IMG/VR virus record: IMGVR_UViG_3300037261_000044
Coordinates: 1 to 64,000 of that record
Source: a virus
DNA: 64,000 nt
Strand: one strand, 5' to 3'
Part shown: one piece after another, positions 44,780-54,381 of the stretch
How the letters are laid out: every line of letters starts with the position of its first letter
Position numbering within the stretch: position 1 is the first letter of the stretch
Translations under genes and position numbers: made by a program
The notes under the pieces: generated by a model
Seen by the model: the letters and a program-made list of their open reading frames with translations, nothing else
Databases searched by the model: none
Told to the model about the DNA's origin: nothing

Positions 44780-46208
44780 CTTTCCTTCGCGACTTCCAGT
44801 GGTTGGACGCCTCAACCTCGATGTCGGTCGTGTCGTCTTCCCAATCATCGCACACTAGCTTAGCCTGAGCATACCGCGTCTTGGCCTTCACCCACCAGTT
44901 GTCGCTGCCGCCGCGCCGCAGCTTGAGCAGGTGGAGAATGCGGATGCCGTTGTCCGTCTCATCCTCGGTGCCGTCCTCATCATTGCCAATCTCATGGCCC
45001 TCGTGTTCCTTCTGCTCCTTCGACATCGAAATGATTACGTCGGCAGTGAACGCTTTGCCCAGCGCATCGGCAATGTGATGCGTCAGCACGCGCTTGCCCT
45101 TGAGACCTTCGCGGTTGGCCTGCGCCGCCGTCCACAGGACGACGTTGTGTGTCTCAGCCAAGTCGCGCAGTTCCTCGAACACCGTCTGCAACTCTTCGTA
45201 CTTCTTCGATTGGTGGCTGCTCCGGCGCGCGGCAGCCATCAGGTCACCGTAGTCTACGATGACGACGGTCGGCTTCCAGTCGGCGTCTTCGAGCCGGGAG
45301 AGGTACCCGGAAAGGTCTACAGCGGTGGTGTTCGACCCGACGAGCCGCATGATTTTCAGCTTGCCGCCGAAGGTCTTCATCTCTTCAAGGCGCTCGCGGT
45401 ACGCTGGCGTCAGCACCTTGTAGGACTTCAGGATTTCGCTGTTGATAGAGAGCAGATTGTACATGTACCGGGCCAGCGTTTCCTCTTTCCCGTTCTCGAA
45501 GGAGAAGTGCACCACGTTGAAGCCCCGGCGGATGGCCTCTGACCCGATGTGCACGAGCATCTGGCTCTTGCCGTAGCCCAGTGGAGCCACGATGACGTTC
45601 AGTTCCTTGCGCCGCGCGCCGCCCTCAATCTTCCGGTCGAGCGGGGCGATGCCGATGGGTACCGTTGACTGCTTCAGCGCCTCCGGGTCGAAGAACTCAA
45701 AGAAGCGGTCAGCGTCATCGGGGAGGTTCAGCCAGTCGTCGCTGTAGCGGCGAATCATCTGCGAGTCGCGCACCACCTGCACGGCTTGGTCGAGGTCGCC
45801 ATCCTCGATGAGTTCCTGCGCCTCGTGCACAGCGTGCAACGTCGCGCGGTACGTGATGAAGTTCTCGAACGTGTCCTCGACGTACTTCCGGGTTACGTCA
45901 TCGAGTTCGAAGTCGTCCAGCTTGTCGAGCACGCGGACGATGAGTTTCTTCTGCTCTGCGTCGGCCTGCTTGTCCGCTTCGAGCCGCATGCGCAGCGAGG
46001 GAATCTTCGGCGCGGTCTGGTACTTCTCGTAGTGGTCGATGGCCTGTGCGGTTATCCACTTCAGTTCCATCTCGCCCCACCACGCCGGGTTGAGCAGCGG
46101 GTAGTATTCGCGCAGGAACTTGCTGTTCACGCACAGCAAGCGGAACGCGGCGAGGATGAGCGTCGGCGACTTCTCGTACTCGTAAATGCTGTCGGCTTGA
46201 ACTTTCAA
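44757..46208 (-). CDS. Replicative helicase, DnaB/gp41-like
   Basis: Walker A APLGYGKS, HFSFE, VIVDYGD, WTAAQANR, KLR. Confidence 0.9.
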   Translation of the reverse strand: MKVQADSIYEYEKSPTLILAAFRLLCVNSKFLREYYPLLNPAWWGEMELKWITAQAIDHYEKYQTAPKIPSLRMRLEADKQADAEQKKLIVRVLDKLDDFELDDVTRKYVEDTFENFITYRATLHAVHEAQELIEDGDLDQAVQVVRDSQMIRRYSDDWLNLPDDADRFFEFFDPEALKQSTVPIGIAPLDRKIEGGARRKELNVIVAPLGYGKSQMLVHIGSEAIRRGFNVVHFSFENGKEETLARYMYNLLSINSEILKSYKVLTPAYRERLEEMKTFGGKLKIMRLVGSNTTAVDLSGYLSRLEDADWKPTVVIVDYGDLMAAARRSSHQSKKYEELQTVFEELRDLAETHNVVLWTAAQANREGLKGKRVLTHHIADALGKAFTADVIISMSKEQKEHEGHEIGNDEDGTEDETDNGIRILHLLKLRRGGSDNWWVKAKTRYAQAKLVCDDWEDDTTDIEVEASNHWKSRRKDDDAPEA

Positions 46209-46981
46209 AGAGCGTCATCCTCAGCTAGGCGCGCCGCGCGCGCCGCCTCTGCATCTTTTCGTTCTTTGGTTTCTGCCCGGTAACGCGCGGCCTCTGCGTG
46301 GAACTCAGCCGTCTCTTCCGGGGTTGGTTCATGGCGACGCGCAGCAGCGTTGCGCGCTCCGACGATGCGGGCAGTTTCCCATCCCTTCTCGGTTACCATC
46401 GTCGCAAGAATCTTGTCCACGCTGTAGTAGAACGACACGAACCCGAGGTCGTCTGGTGCGGTCTCCGGCGGCGCAGTGAAGAACACGCGCGCCAGTTTCG
46501 TGGCCTCGTAGGGGTCGCCGTTGCACTTGGTCATCACCCGGCGTGCAAGGCTCACTTCTTTGGCGGTGCGCGGCCACTGGTGCTGGGTGTACTTGCGGTA
46601 GAGCAGGTCGTAGTTGTTCAGGAGATAGTTCAGGGCGTCTCCCGGCGGCATGGATTGCTTCACCTCACCGAGGTGCGGAGCCAGCGCGTCGAGGTCGAGG
46701 ACGGTGATGTGCATGGAGGTGATGCGCCCCTTCTCGCTGAACTGTAATTGGCATTGTAGCATGCCCAGCTTTTGCATGTCGTTCAAGAAGACGGCGAGCA
46801 CCATCGTGTCGTAGTTGTGACCGAAGATGGCGCGTATCTCTTCAACGAGGTGACGGCTTTCCCCAAGGGGAAACGTCCGCAACCGGCGGTAGGCTTCGAT
46901 GTGTGCCACACCTCGCATATCCCGAAAGTTCTCGTACTCAAGCGGCCCGAAGGCATTAGCAACGACGACGGTCTTCTGCAT
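46205..46981 (-). CDS. Putative replication initiator/helicase loader
   Basis: Between the iteron cluster and DnaB; wHTH-like N-terminus and helical C-terminus (inferred). Confidence 0.45.
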   Translation of the reverse strand: MQKTVVVANAFGPLEYENFRDMRGVAHIEAYRRLRTFPLGESRHLVEEIRAIFGHNYDTMVLAVFLNDMQKLGMLQCQLQFSEKGRITSMHITVLDLDALAPHLGEVKQSMPPGDALNYLLNNYDLLYRKYTQHQWPRTAKEVSLARRVMTKCNGDPYEATKLARVFFTAPPETAPDDLGFVSFYYSVDKILATMVTEKGWETARIVGARNAAARRHEPTPEETAEFHAEAARYRAETKERKDAEAARAARLAEDDAL

Positions 46982-46990
46982 TCCAAACCT

Positions 46991-47127
46991 CAGTCATTCC
47001 TCCCATTCCTCCCAATTCGGGCTATTCCTCCCATCTCTACTGTCTGTACTCTTCTTTATAAGTAGATGGGAGGAATGAGTTAAATTGGGAGGAATGACTG
47101 TTTTAGCTTCAATTTCATGGGAGGAAT
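46991..47127. repeat. Putative replication origin: 3 direct + 3 inverted ATTCCTCCCA around an AT-rich core
   Basis: ATTCCTCCCA at 46996, 47005, 47024; TGGGAGGAAT at 47067, 47086, 47118; AT-rich non-coding island. Confidence 0.65.
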
Positions 47128-47438
47128 CATTCCCACTCCCCCTCGTCTATTTCCACCAATCCCGCCCTGTCGAGACCTTCGAGGGCACGCATAAACCCAG
47201 CCTTGGTCATCGTGCCAGTCCCGCCCCAGATGGAGCCGTGCACGGTGTCACCTATTCCCCGAGCCATGGCTGCCACTGTCGTCCGGCCACCGAATGAGGG
47301 AGCCGTGGCTATCCACCGGAGGTACCGATAGACCTGCTGCTCGGGCACCGTGAGTTTGTCGCGCGTCTGCTTCCAGACCGCTGGCTCTACCAACCCTTCG
47401 ATACCGGGCGTTGCGGCGAGTGTTACGGTCTCATCCAT
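47127..47438 (-). CDS. Winged-HTH DNA-binding protein
   Basis: LTVPEQQVYRYL...TTVAAMARG...FMRALEGLDRAGLVEI. Confidence 0.65.
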   Translation of the reverse strand: MDETVTLAATPGIEGLVEPAVWKQTRDKLTVPEQQVYRYLRWIATAPSFGGRTTVAAMARGIGDTVHGSIWGGTGTMTKAGFMRALEGLDRAGLVEIDEGEWE

Positions 47439-47698
47439 CAGGCGTCGCTGCCCACGACGGCGCGCTCGTAGCCGCACTGCGGACAGGTGTAGCGCGCGGT
47501 GGTCGGCCCCTTCTCGTAGAACACGAGCAGCGCGCCATCCTTCAGCGTGAGAATCTGCCGGATGTCGTAGGTGTTTTCTGCGTCCTCAGAAATCTCTGTG
47601 AACCACTCATTCAACTCCTTGGCGAAGTTTGTAGGTCGCTGGTTGTACCCCTTCGTGAATGGAACGAACTCTTTCACGGCGAATGGGGTGTAGGGCAT
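47438..47698 (-). CDS. Hypothetical protein with CPxCG motif
   Basis: Coupled on both sides. Confidence 0.55.
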   Translation of the reverse strand: MPYTPFAVKEFVPFTKGYNQRPTNFAKELNEWFTEISEDAENTYDIRQILTLKDGALLVFYEKGPTTARYTCPQCGYERAVVGSDA

Positions 47699-49293
47699 TA
47701 TCGTACCTCCACTGTGTAGCCTGCCGGGTCGGACTGATACGCCGACAACCGCTTGTTCGAATGCATCCACATCGTCTTCGAGTGCGTGTCGAAATAATCG
47801 CGCACTTCCACGACGTACTTACCATCAGCTAGTCGCTGTCCGCGCCCGATGCGCTGGATGTAGCGGTGCTGCGCTTTCCCACCAGCCGCGAATACTAGGC
47901 TGATGTTGGCGGGAATGTCAACTCCTTCATCGAGCACCGTGCTCGCAATGAGCACCGGCAGTCGCCCCTCACCTAACGCGGTAAGGTGGACATCTCGCTC
48001 TTCGACATCGTGCTTACCGTGGATGAACTTGATGCCTTGAGAAGAATCTTGTCGTGTGCAAAGTGCGGTGTATAGTTCGCGTCCGTGCTCAACCTTGTCA
48101 ACGAACACCAACACAGGGAGGCCACGGGCGCGCAGTTCCTCAACATCGTCACAGACAGCATTGTTCCGCTCCTTGTGTTCCATGATGGCGACGCGGTACA
48201 ACCCCGCTTCGGCAGCAGTTGTCTTTGTCGCCTTGCGCCCGGTGTAGTCGTAGTGGTCATCGTCAATGTCGAAGTCGCCGCGCTCCATCGACCAACTCGG
48301 TTTGATGTGCGGCTTGCGCCAGTTCGTCATGACGATGTTCGCGTGCACGGTGTAGCCCTCGTCAACGAGGTCGCCTGCGTTGAACTCATGGATGAGCGGG
48401 CCGGTGGTGCCGACGACATGGAACAGCGCGCTCGGGTCGTCGTTGGTGTCCCGGTCTTTGCCGCCCTTCGACTTGAACGGCGTCGCGCTGGTAACGTAGC
48501 GGTAGAACGCTGGTATTTTATCCACCGCACTCTGATACGTCGGCGCTACCAGATGGTGCCCCTCATCAACCACGAGCACGTCGAACCCGGACAACCAGTC
48601 CAGCATGTTGTCGCGTCGCTTCTTCGCCGCCGGGAGTCGCTTGAGCAGCGGGCCGCGTTTGTCAGGCTTGGCCTTCTCAATCGCTTTCATGAGTCGCGCC
48701 GGAGCGTCCAGTGAAGCGTTCACGGACTGGAACGTAGCGCACACGATGTCGTACTTCGTCTGTCGCACCCCGGCCCCGAGTAGACCGACCTTCACCCCCA
48801 GTCGAGCCTCCCAGCGGTCACGGGTCTGACTGGCGATGTGCCGCTGGTCAACGAGCATGATGGTTGGTAAACCGAGGCGCTGCACAATCGCGGCGTCGGT
48901 CTCTGTCTTCCCGCCGCCCGTGCCGTGCTGGATGACGCCCCGGCCCAGCCGGATGGCGAGGTCAACCGCGTCCTCTTGGTAGGGCCGCAGCTTGATGCCT
49001 TTGAGGTTTATGGGGCGCAGTGTAGTGGGCGGACGGTCGCACAACTCATCGACATGGATGGTGTGGCCCTGACCCTCAAGGAGTTCGACCACGAACATCA
49101 GCAGGCCGGTGCGGAACTTGTGGGCGTCGGTGAAGTGGTGTTCGCACCCGTCCCACTTGCGGCTCTTGAAGAGCCACGTCCTCTCGGCACCCTTCATCCA
49201 GACCTTCAACTTCACGTCGAGGAACTTGTACACCTCGTCAGAGGATTCAACCGTAGTCCAGACGTTGCGTGTGGTGAGGTTGACAAGGGTCAT
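47698..49293 (-). CDS. SF2 DNA helicase (UvsW-like)
   Basis: LRPYQ, GTGGGKT, VDEGHH, SATP, LDEGVDIP, QRIGRGQR. Confidence 0.9.
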   Translation of the reverse strand: MTLVNLTTRNVWTTVESSDEVYKFLDVKLKVWMKGAERTWLFKSRKWDGCEHHFTDAHKFRTGLLMFVVELLEGQGHTIHVDELCDRPPTTLRPINLKGIKLRPYQEDAVDLAIRLGRGVIQHGTGGGKTETDAAIVQRLGLPTIMLVDQRHIASQTRDRWEARLGVKVGLLGAGVRQTKYDIVCATFQSVNASLDAPARLMKAIEKAKPDKRGPLLKRLPAAKKRRDNMLDWLSGFDVLVVDEGHHLVAPTYQSAVDKIPAFYRYVTSATPFKSKGGKDRDTNDDPSALFHVVGTTGPLIHEFNAGDLVDEGYTVHANIVMTNWRKPHIKPSWSMERGDFDIDDDHYDYTGRKATKTTAAEAGLYRVAIMEHKERNNAVCDDVEELRARGLPVLVFVDKVEHGRELYTALCTRQDSSQGIKFIHGKHDVEERDVHLTALGEGRLPVLIASTVLDEGVDIPANISLVFAAGGKAQHRYIQRIGRGQRLADGKYVVEVRDYFDTHSKTMWMHSNKRLSAYQSDPAGYTVEVR

Positions 49294-49328
49294 ATATCCA
49301 CCGTACCATCAAGCATGACCACACGCAA
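49265..49328. promoter_or_regulatory. Overlapping divergent leaderless promoters flanked by 11-bp inverted repeats
   Basis: (+) TTGACA 49280-18 nt-TACCAT-5 nt-ATG; (-) TTGCGT-17 nt-TACGGT-6 nt-ATG; IR TTGCGTGTGGT 49265-49275 / ACCACACGCAA 49318-49328. Confidence 0.7.
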
Positions 49329-49548
49329 GTCACGCAGCGATTCCAACGAGCGTCAGGCCGTACGCATCCGTAGGCAACTGTACGCGGTGTTCAAGAGCGA
49401 CGACCCCTTGCGCCGACGCGCGGTGGTTGATAAGCTAATCGCACTGGCGCGGCACGACGCGGTTGACTCAGCACTGAGTCGCGTCGCGCTGTACGACCAC
49501 TGGATAGCTGAACAGGCCGGTTGGGAGGGCGACGATGGCGACGACTAG
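49315..49548 (+). CDS. Small hypothetical protein, first gene of the rightward operon
   Basis: Leaderless ATG after the promoter. Confidence 0.6.
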   Translation: MTTRKSRSDSNERQAVRIRRQLYAVFKSDDPLRRRAVVDKLIALARHDAVDSALSRVALYDHWIAEQAGWEGDDGDD

Positions 49549-49705
49549 GCGACGGCACTACCCGACTCCGCAGTACAAGAACTGTGGCGACTGCGGTATG
49601 GGCTTACCTTGCCCGCATGTCGCCCGCGACATTGAGTTTGAGAAGAAGAAGTACGGGAAGCGCGGGAATGCGCCGTCGCCGCGCGGCAAGAAGAAGGGGA
49701 CATAG
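49535..49705 (+). CDS. Basic Cys-rich microprotein (not in ORF track)
   Basis: GGGAGG SD; CGDCGMGLPCPH. Confidence 0.55.
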   Translation: MATTRRRHYPTPQYKNCGDCGMGLPCPHVARDIEFEKKKYGKRGNAPSPRGKKKGT

Positions 49706-49930
49706 ATGAACGTGCAAGAACTCATGGAGGCAGTCGCCGACAAGCCGCGCGATGCGCTGGTCGTCATCAGCACCGAGGACGGTTTCGCCAGTCCGTTGCG
49801 CGCCGCGTTCGACGGCAAGTACAAGGGCGATGAAGTAGAGGGCGTCTTCTTCTACACGGAAGACATCGCCGACAACACGGACATCGCCGGGGCGGTGCTC
49901 TGCGTCATGCTGCAACCGAAGTTCCACTGA
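49706..49930 (+). CDS. Hypothetical protein
   Basis: Operon continuity. Confidence 0.6.
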   Translation: MNVQELMEAVADKPRDALVVISTEDGFASPLRAAFDGKYKGDEVEGVFFYTEDIADNTDIAGAVLCVMLQPKFH

Positions 49931-50087
49931 TGCACACGAAGAATGGCGACAACTGCGGACGATGCCCCGGCCCTCTGCGGCCTGACGCGCGCCCAGACTA
50001 TGGTGTGCGGACGGCAGAGTGCTTCCTGATGGGGGCCATCGCGGTAGTGCTCATTGCGTTTAACATCGCGGTGCTGGTGACACGCTG

Positions 50088-50288
50088 ATGCCTGACACGA
50101 CGAAAGACATCACGAAGGCGGCGACGGCGTACTGTTGGGAGCACGGTCTTAACCTCATCCCGCACGAGAGTGGCCCGTCGCTGAGCCAAGTCATCGAAGA
50201 CCACCGCGAGGCGTACGAGACCAAGCACTCACAGTGTGACCTCACGTTGTACCGCAAGAGTGAGTGGTGGCTAACGGAGGACAAGTGA
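50088..50288 (+). CDS. Hypothetical protein
   Basis: TGATG coupling. Confidence 0.5.
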   Translation: MPDTTKDITKAATAYCWEHGLNLIPHESGPSLSQVIEDHREAYETKHSQCDLTLYRKSEWWLTEDK

Positions 50289-50386
50289 TGCACCGAGGAT
50301 GCGCCCACTGTGGCCTATGTTCACGCGGCCCGCCATGTTCACCACCGGGTGAATAACTGTGGTTTAGTGAACATGGAGAACATGAC

Positions 50387-51037
50387 GTGAAGAAAATCAT
50401 CATCGGGCTGGCACTGGGCTTGGCACTCATCGGTGCTCTAATCTTTGGCGCTAGGCAGGTTTCGTGGACGAATAACAGTTCGGGCGGTGCGGCAACAGCG
50501 GCACCGGTTCCTCTCCCGGCGGCATGGTTCAACAACGGAGACGAGTCGTACGGTGCACTGATGCGCAACTCGAATCACTGGGAGTGGGAGTTGACGCTCT
50601 CTATCTCTGAGATTCTACTGCTCGATGTGTTCATAGGGTTGATAGTGTGGCCGCGCATACACCGCGACATCAAGCGGCATGGAGTCAAGCCCGCCCACGG
50701 TGACTTCTACTGCAATGACCCGGCGCACGACTGCGACTACCAAGACGTGACGTTGCCCAGCCTTGCCCAGCGCATCGAGCGCCTAGAGTCTGAGTCAGCA
50801 ACAGCGTTCGCACGCGGGCATGCGGCGGCTGTAAGAGAGGATGCCGACCTGCGCTCTGGGAAGACCGGCGCGCGGCTCCGTGCCGAGGCGTGCCCTCACG
50901 GAGTAACGCCCGACATCTGTGGCATGTGCCACCCGGAAAACTTCGCCGGTATCGCCACCAAGGTCTCCCGCAACGACATCGTAGGTACTGAAGTCATCCA
51001 CGCGCGCACGGATGATTGGTGGCCCGGAAATCCCTGA
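50387..51037 (+). CDS. Membrane protein with Cys/His motifs
   Basis: N-terminal signal/TM segment, second TM segment, CPHG....CGMCH. Confidence 0.6.
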   Translation: MKKIIIGLALGLALIGALIFGARQVSWTNNSSGGAATAAPVPLPAAWFNNGDESYGALMRNSNHWEWELTLSISEILLLDVFIGLIVWPRIHRDIKRHGVKPAHGDFYCNDPAHDCDYQDVTLPSLAQRIERLESESATAFARGHAAAVREDADLRSGKTGARLRAEACPHGVTPDICGMCHPENFAGIATKVSRNDIVGTEVIHARTDDWWPGNP

Positions 51038-54000
51038 TGGAAGATTTTCCGTACGCCTGCAAACATCGCTCTCAGACCGTCTCTCCCCTGACCCCTGAAG
51101 GTTGGTGGGAGAGTCGCGTTAATGACGACCAGCCGCGCATGCTGGTCATCACCGGCTGGCCCAACAAGGACGAGATGGAGCGGGGCCGGATGAACGAAGG
51201 GAAGGTCAAGCGTAAGCTGGGCCAGATGTTTGCACGCGCCGGAGTCCCCATGGGGCAGGTCGCGTTCGCGCCGCTCCTGTGCTGGCGTCCTGACACCGAC
51301 CGCGAGCCGACCGAGAAGGAAGTCGCGGAGTGCCGCGCCCACCTCCTTGACTACGTTGATGACCTGAATCCTAACGTCATTCTGACCATGGGCGTCCCGG
51401 CGCTCGACGGCTGCCACGAGCCGCTGTCCATCTACATGCGCCGGGGCGAGGTCTTCAAGTCCAAGGTCTTCGGCAAGAAGCTGGTACCGACGTTTGCGCC
51501 GGGGCTGGTGCTGCGGGAGTGGGACAAGCAGAAGACGATAGAGCATGACCTCCGGCGCGCATGGGAGCAGGCGCAGACGCCGGAGTTCCCGCTGGGTCTG
51601 GGCGACGACTACTTCGTGTGCATCACGCCGGAGGAAGTGAAGGGCGCGCTTGACTACCTGACTGACCGGCCCATCGCCTCCTTCGACATCGAGACTGAGG
51701 GCTTCAATCTCTTTGAGCAAGATGAGATTCTGTGCGTGCAGATTTCCAGCAAGACCGGGGAAGGCTTCGTCTTCCCGCTGCGCGGCGCGTGGGCGCGGCA
51801 CAAGAAAGACAAGTACGCGGACTGGCAGCTTGAGCATGGCATCTGGGGCGAGGGCAAGAACGAGCACGGGCAGGTCAAGCGCGTCCTGTTCGATGGCGAG
51901 TCCATGGCGAACCATGAGCGCGACAAGCGCCGCAAGGTCAAGGTCTTCCACCCGGCGTTCCCGACTGGGAGCGTCATCTGCCAGACGCCGGACGCGCACA
52001 ATCCATACAGCCCTGCGTACGAGAAGCAGCAGCACATCTGCCGGGGCACCGTCACCAATGTTTTGCGTGGTGCCCTAGAGCCGTGCACGATGCCGGGTCA
52101 GATGCTCGGCAAGGAAGTCCCGCACGATTATAATGTCATCGCCGGAATGCTGCGCGATTGGCTGCAAGGGCAGACCAAGAAGGCCGCACAGAACGGTAAG
52201 TTCGACGTGAAGGGTCTGCTGTACCAACTCGGCATCAAGGTCGAGAACTTTGTGTTCGACACCATCCTCGCGTACCACATCATTCACGAAGAGTTCCCGC
52301 ACGACCTCGATACCATTCGTTCGTTCGTCACGTGGATGCCGCGCTACAACGAGTACCTGAAGACGTTCGTGCCATCGAAGAAGCACTCGTTCGCGCTGGT
52401 GCCCAATGAGGTGCTGTGGACGTACGGTGCCGCCGACGCCGACTGTGAGTTCCGCATCATCGAGCCGCTGATGGAGTGGCTGCTGGAAGACAATCCGGCG
52501 GATGGGCAGTGGCTCTTCGACAACATCGCGATGCCGCTGCAACGCACGCTCACGCAGATTGAGGGCAACGGCATCCTCGTCAACCGCGACCGGCTGACGC
52601 AACTCAGCCAGTGGTACCGCGAGAAGATTGACTCGCTGCGCACGCTGCTCTCCGAGATGGCGCACGACGACGGTTTCACCGAACCCGAGAAGTGGCACAA
52701 CGACAACGACCTTCGCGAGTGGATGTTCAAGGCCGACTACGAGCACGAGGTGCGCAAGGGTACGCTCCATACGTGCAAGGCGTGCCACGGCAAGGACTGG
52801 GAACTCTGCGAAGAGTGCGTGGAAGGCAAGGTACCGGGCCGGGAGCCGGAGATGGTCGCGTGCAAGGGCATCAACTTCCCGACGTACATGGCGTGGAAGT
52901 CGAAGAAGACCGGCCAGCCATCCACCGGCAAGAAGTCATTCGCCGCGCTGCGTGCGTGGTGCCGGGAAGAGTTCAAGTACACGATGCGCCAGACCGGCAA
53001 CCGCCGCGACGGCACGCCCATCATGTCGCGCTTCATCACGAAGACGGAACTGAAGCCCAGCGCCCGCGCATACCGCGCCCGCATGGCTGAGTACCTTGAT
53101 GCCATCGAGCAGTTGAAGAAGTGCATCAAGGCGAAGAATCAGTTCCTCGATGGCGACGACGAGAAGCAGGTCGTGGGCGCGAAGGCGCTGCTGGCGCACA
53201 TCAAGCGCGACGGGCGCGTGCACACGACCTTCAACCAACTGGTCGAGACGGCACGCCTGTCGTCCCGCGACCCGAACATGCAGAACCAGACGAACTCCGG
53301 CGAGTGCGGCATTCACCAAGAACAGGGCGTGCGATGTCCAGCCGGATGTCCCGGCGAGTACCGGCACTACAGCATCCGGTCGATGTACACCGTCAAGGAG
53401 GGTTGTAAGTGGGTCGCCGCTGACTACCGGTCAGAGGAAGTCCGCATCATGGCGTACCTTGCGGGCGATATGAAGCTGCTGGAAGCGACCATGACGTGCT
53501 ACGGGCCGAAGAAGGTCGGTGGCTGCGGCCTCGTCTTCCTCCCAACTGAGGACGACCCGGAGCGCCCGCTCAAGATGCTCAAGCACGAGCGTGACGAGGG
53601 CCATGTCGCCGCTGATGTCCACCAGTGGGTGGCGTCGCAGGTCTTCGGCGTCGCCTACGATGCCGTCACCAAAGAGCAGCGCCGCCAGTGCAAGAGCGTC
53701 ACCTTCGGCATCGCCTACGGGCAGTCGGAGATGGGTCTGGCCGATGCGCTGGGCTGGACGGTGGAGCGCGCCGCCGCGCTCATCAAGCTGTACTTCCAGA
53801 CCTTTCCCGACCTCGCCAAGTACCAGAAGAAGTGTGAGGGCGGCACGTTCCACGGCATGGACAGCATCAACGGCTTCGGTCGCAAGCGCCACACATTCGG
53901 CCCGGTCGAGATGAAGCCGTACGTCCGGGAGTGGGACTGGAAGAAGGTCGTCAACGCGATGTCGCGGGAACGCCTGAACTTCCCGACGCAGAGCACTGCC

Positions 54001-54381
54001 GCCGAGGTCATCAGCCTTGTCACCATCGCGCTGGGCGACGTGTGGGGCTATGAGACCGGGGAGAACACGGTCGCCCACCGGCTGGGCAAGCAACTGTGCG
54101 GCGGCGTCGCCCCGGCGCTGACCTTGCGCGACCTCGCCATCTCGATTATTCTGACAGTACACGACGCCCTTGAGTTCGAGTGCCCGGAAGAGCACGTCGA
54201 GCGCCTGTGCGGCATCATCGAGGATGTGATGGTGGGCATTCCGTGGAAAATCTTGGGTTGGTTTTTGCCTGTTGACATTTCGGTAGGTCGTTACTGGGAC
54301 GACACGCACGACGAGGATGAGTATGCGGCAGAACGAGAAGCGTTCGATGTGCCTGACGATGAAGCCGAAGAAGCAGCATGA
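51016..54381 (+). CDS. polA: Family A DNA polymerase with N-terminal UDG-like domain and 3'-5' exonuclease (start may be 51037)
   Basis: Exo motifs DIET, NGKFD, YGAAD; TARLSSRDPNMQN; motif A ADY..EEVR, motif B R..CK..TFG.AYG, motif C VHD; N-terminal ~185 aa UDG family-4-like. Confidence 0.92.
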   Translation: MVARKSLMEDFPYACKHRSQTVSPLTPEGWWESRVNDDQPRMLVITGWPNKDEMERGRMNEGKVKRKLGQMFARAGVPMGQVAFAPLLCWRPDTDREPTEKEVAECRAHLLDYVDDLNPNVILTMGVPALDGCHEPLSIYMRRGEVFKSKVFGKKLVPTFAPGLVLREWDKQKTIEHDLRRAWEQAQTPEFPLGLGDDYFVCITPEEVKGALDYLTDRPIASFDIETEGFNLFEQDEILCVQISSKTGEGFVFPLRGAWARHKKDKYADWQLEHGIWGEGKNEHGQVKRVLFDGESMANHERDKRRKVKVFHPAFPTGSVICQTPDAHNPYSPAYEKQQHICRGTVTNVLRGALEPCTMPGQMLGKEVPHDYNVIAGMLRDWLQGQTKKAAQNGKFDVKGLLYQLGIKVENFVFDTILAYHIIHEEFPHDLDTIRSFVTWMPRYNEYLKTFVPSKKHSFALVPNEVLWTYGAADADCEFRIIEPLMEWLLEDNPADGQWLFDNIAMPLQRTLTQIEGNGILVNRDRLTQLSQWYREKIDSLRTLLSEMAHDDGFTEPEKWHNDNDLREWMFKADYEHEVRKGTLHTCKACHGKDWELCEECVEGKVPGREPEMVACKGINFPTYMAWKSKKTGQPSTGKKSFAALRAWCREEFKYTMRQTGNRRDGTPIMSRFITKTELKPSARAYRARMAEYLDAIEQLKKCIKAKNQFLDGDDEKQVVGAKALLAHIKRDGRVHTTFNQLVETARLSSRDPNMQNQTNSGECGIHQEQGVRCPAGCPGEYRHYSIRSMYTVKEGCKWVAADYRSEEVRIMAYLAGDMKLLEATMTCYGPKKVGGCGLVFLPTEDDPERPLKMLKHERDEGHVAADVHQWVASQVFGVAYDAVTKEQRRQCKSVTFGIAYGQSEMGLADALGWTVERAAALIKLYFQTFPDLAKYQKKCEGGTFHGMDSINGFGRKRHTFGPVEMKPYVREWDWKKVVNAMSRERLNFPTQSTAAEVISLVTIALGDVWGYETGENTVAHRLGKQLCGGVAPALTLRDLAISIILTVHDALEFECPEEHVERLCGIIEDVMVGIPWKILGWFLPVDISVGRYWDDTHDEDEYAAEREAFDVPDDEAEEAA

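Noticed and set aside
46991-47127. Possible mini-CRISPR array
   Set aside because: Repeats are only 10 bp, irregularly spaced and in both orientations; no cas genes; iterons fit better.
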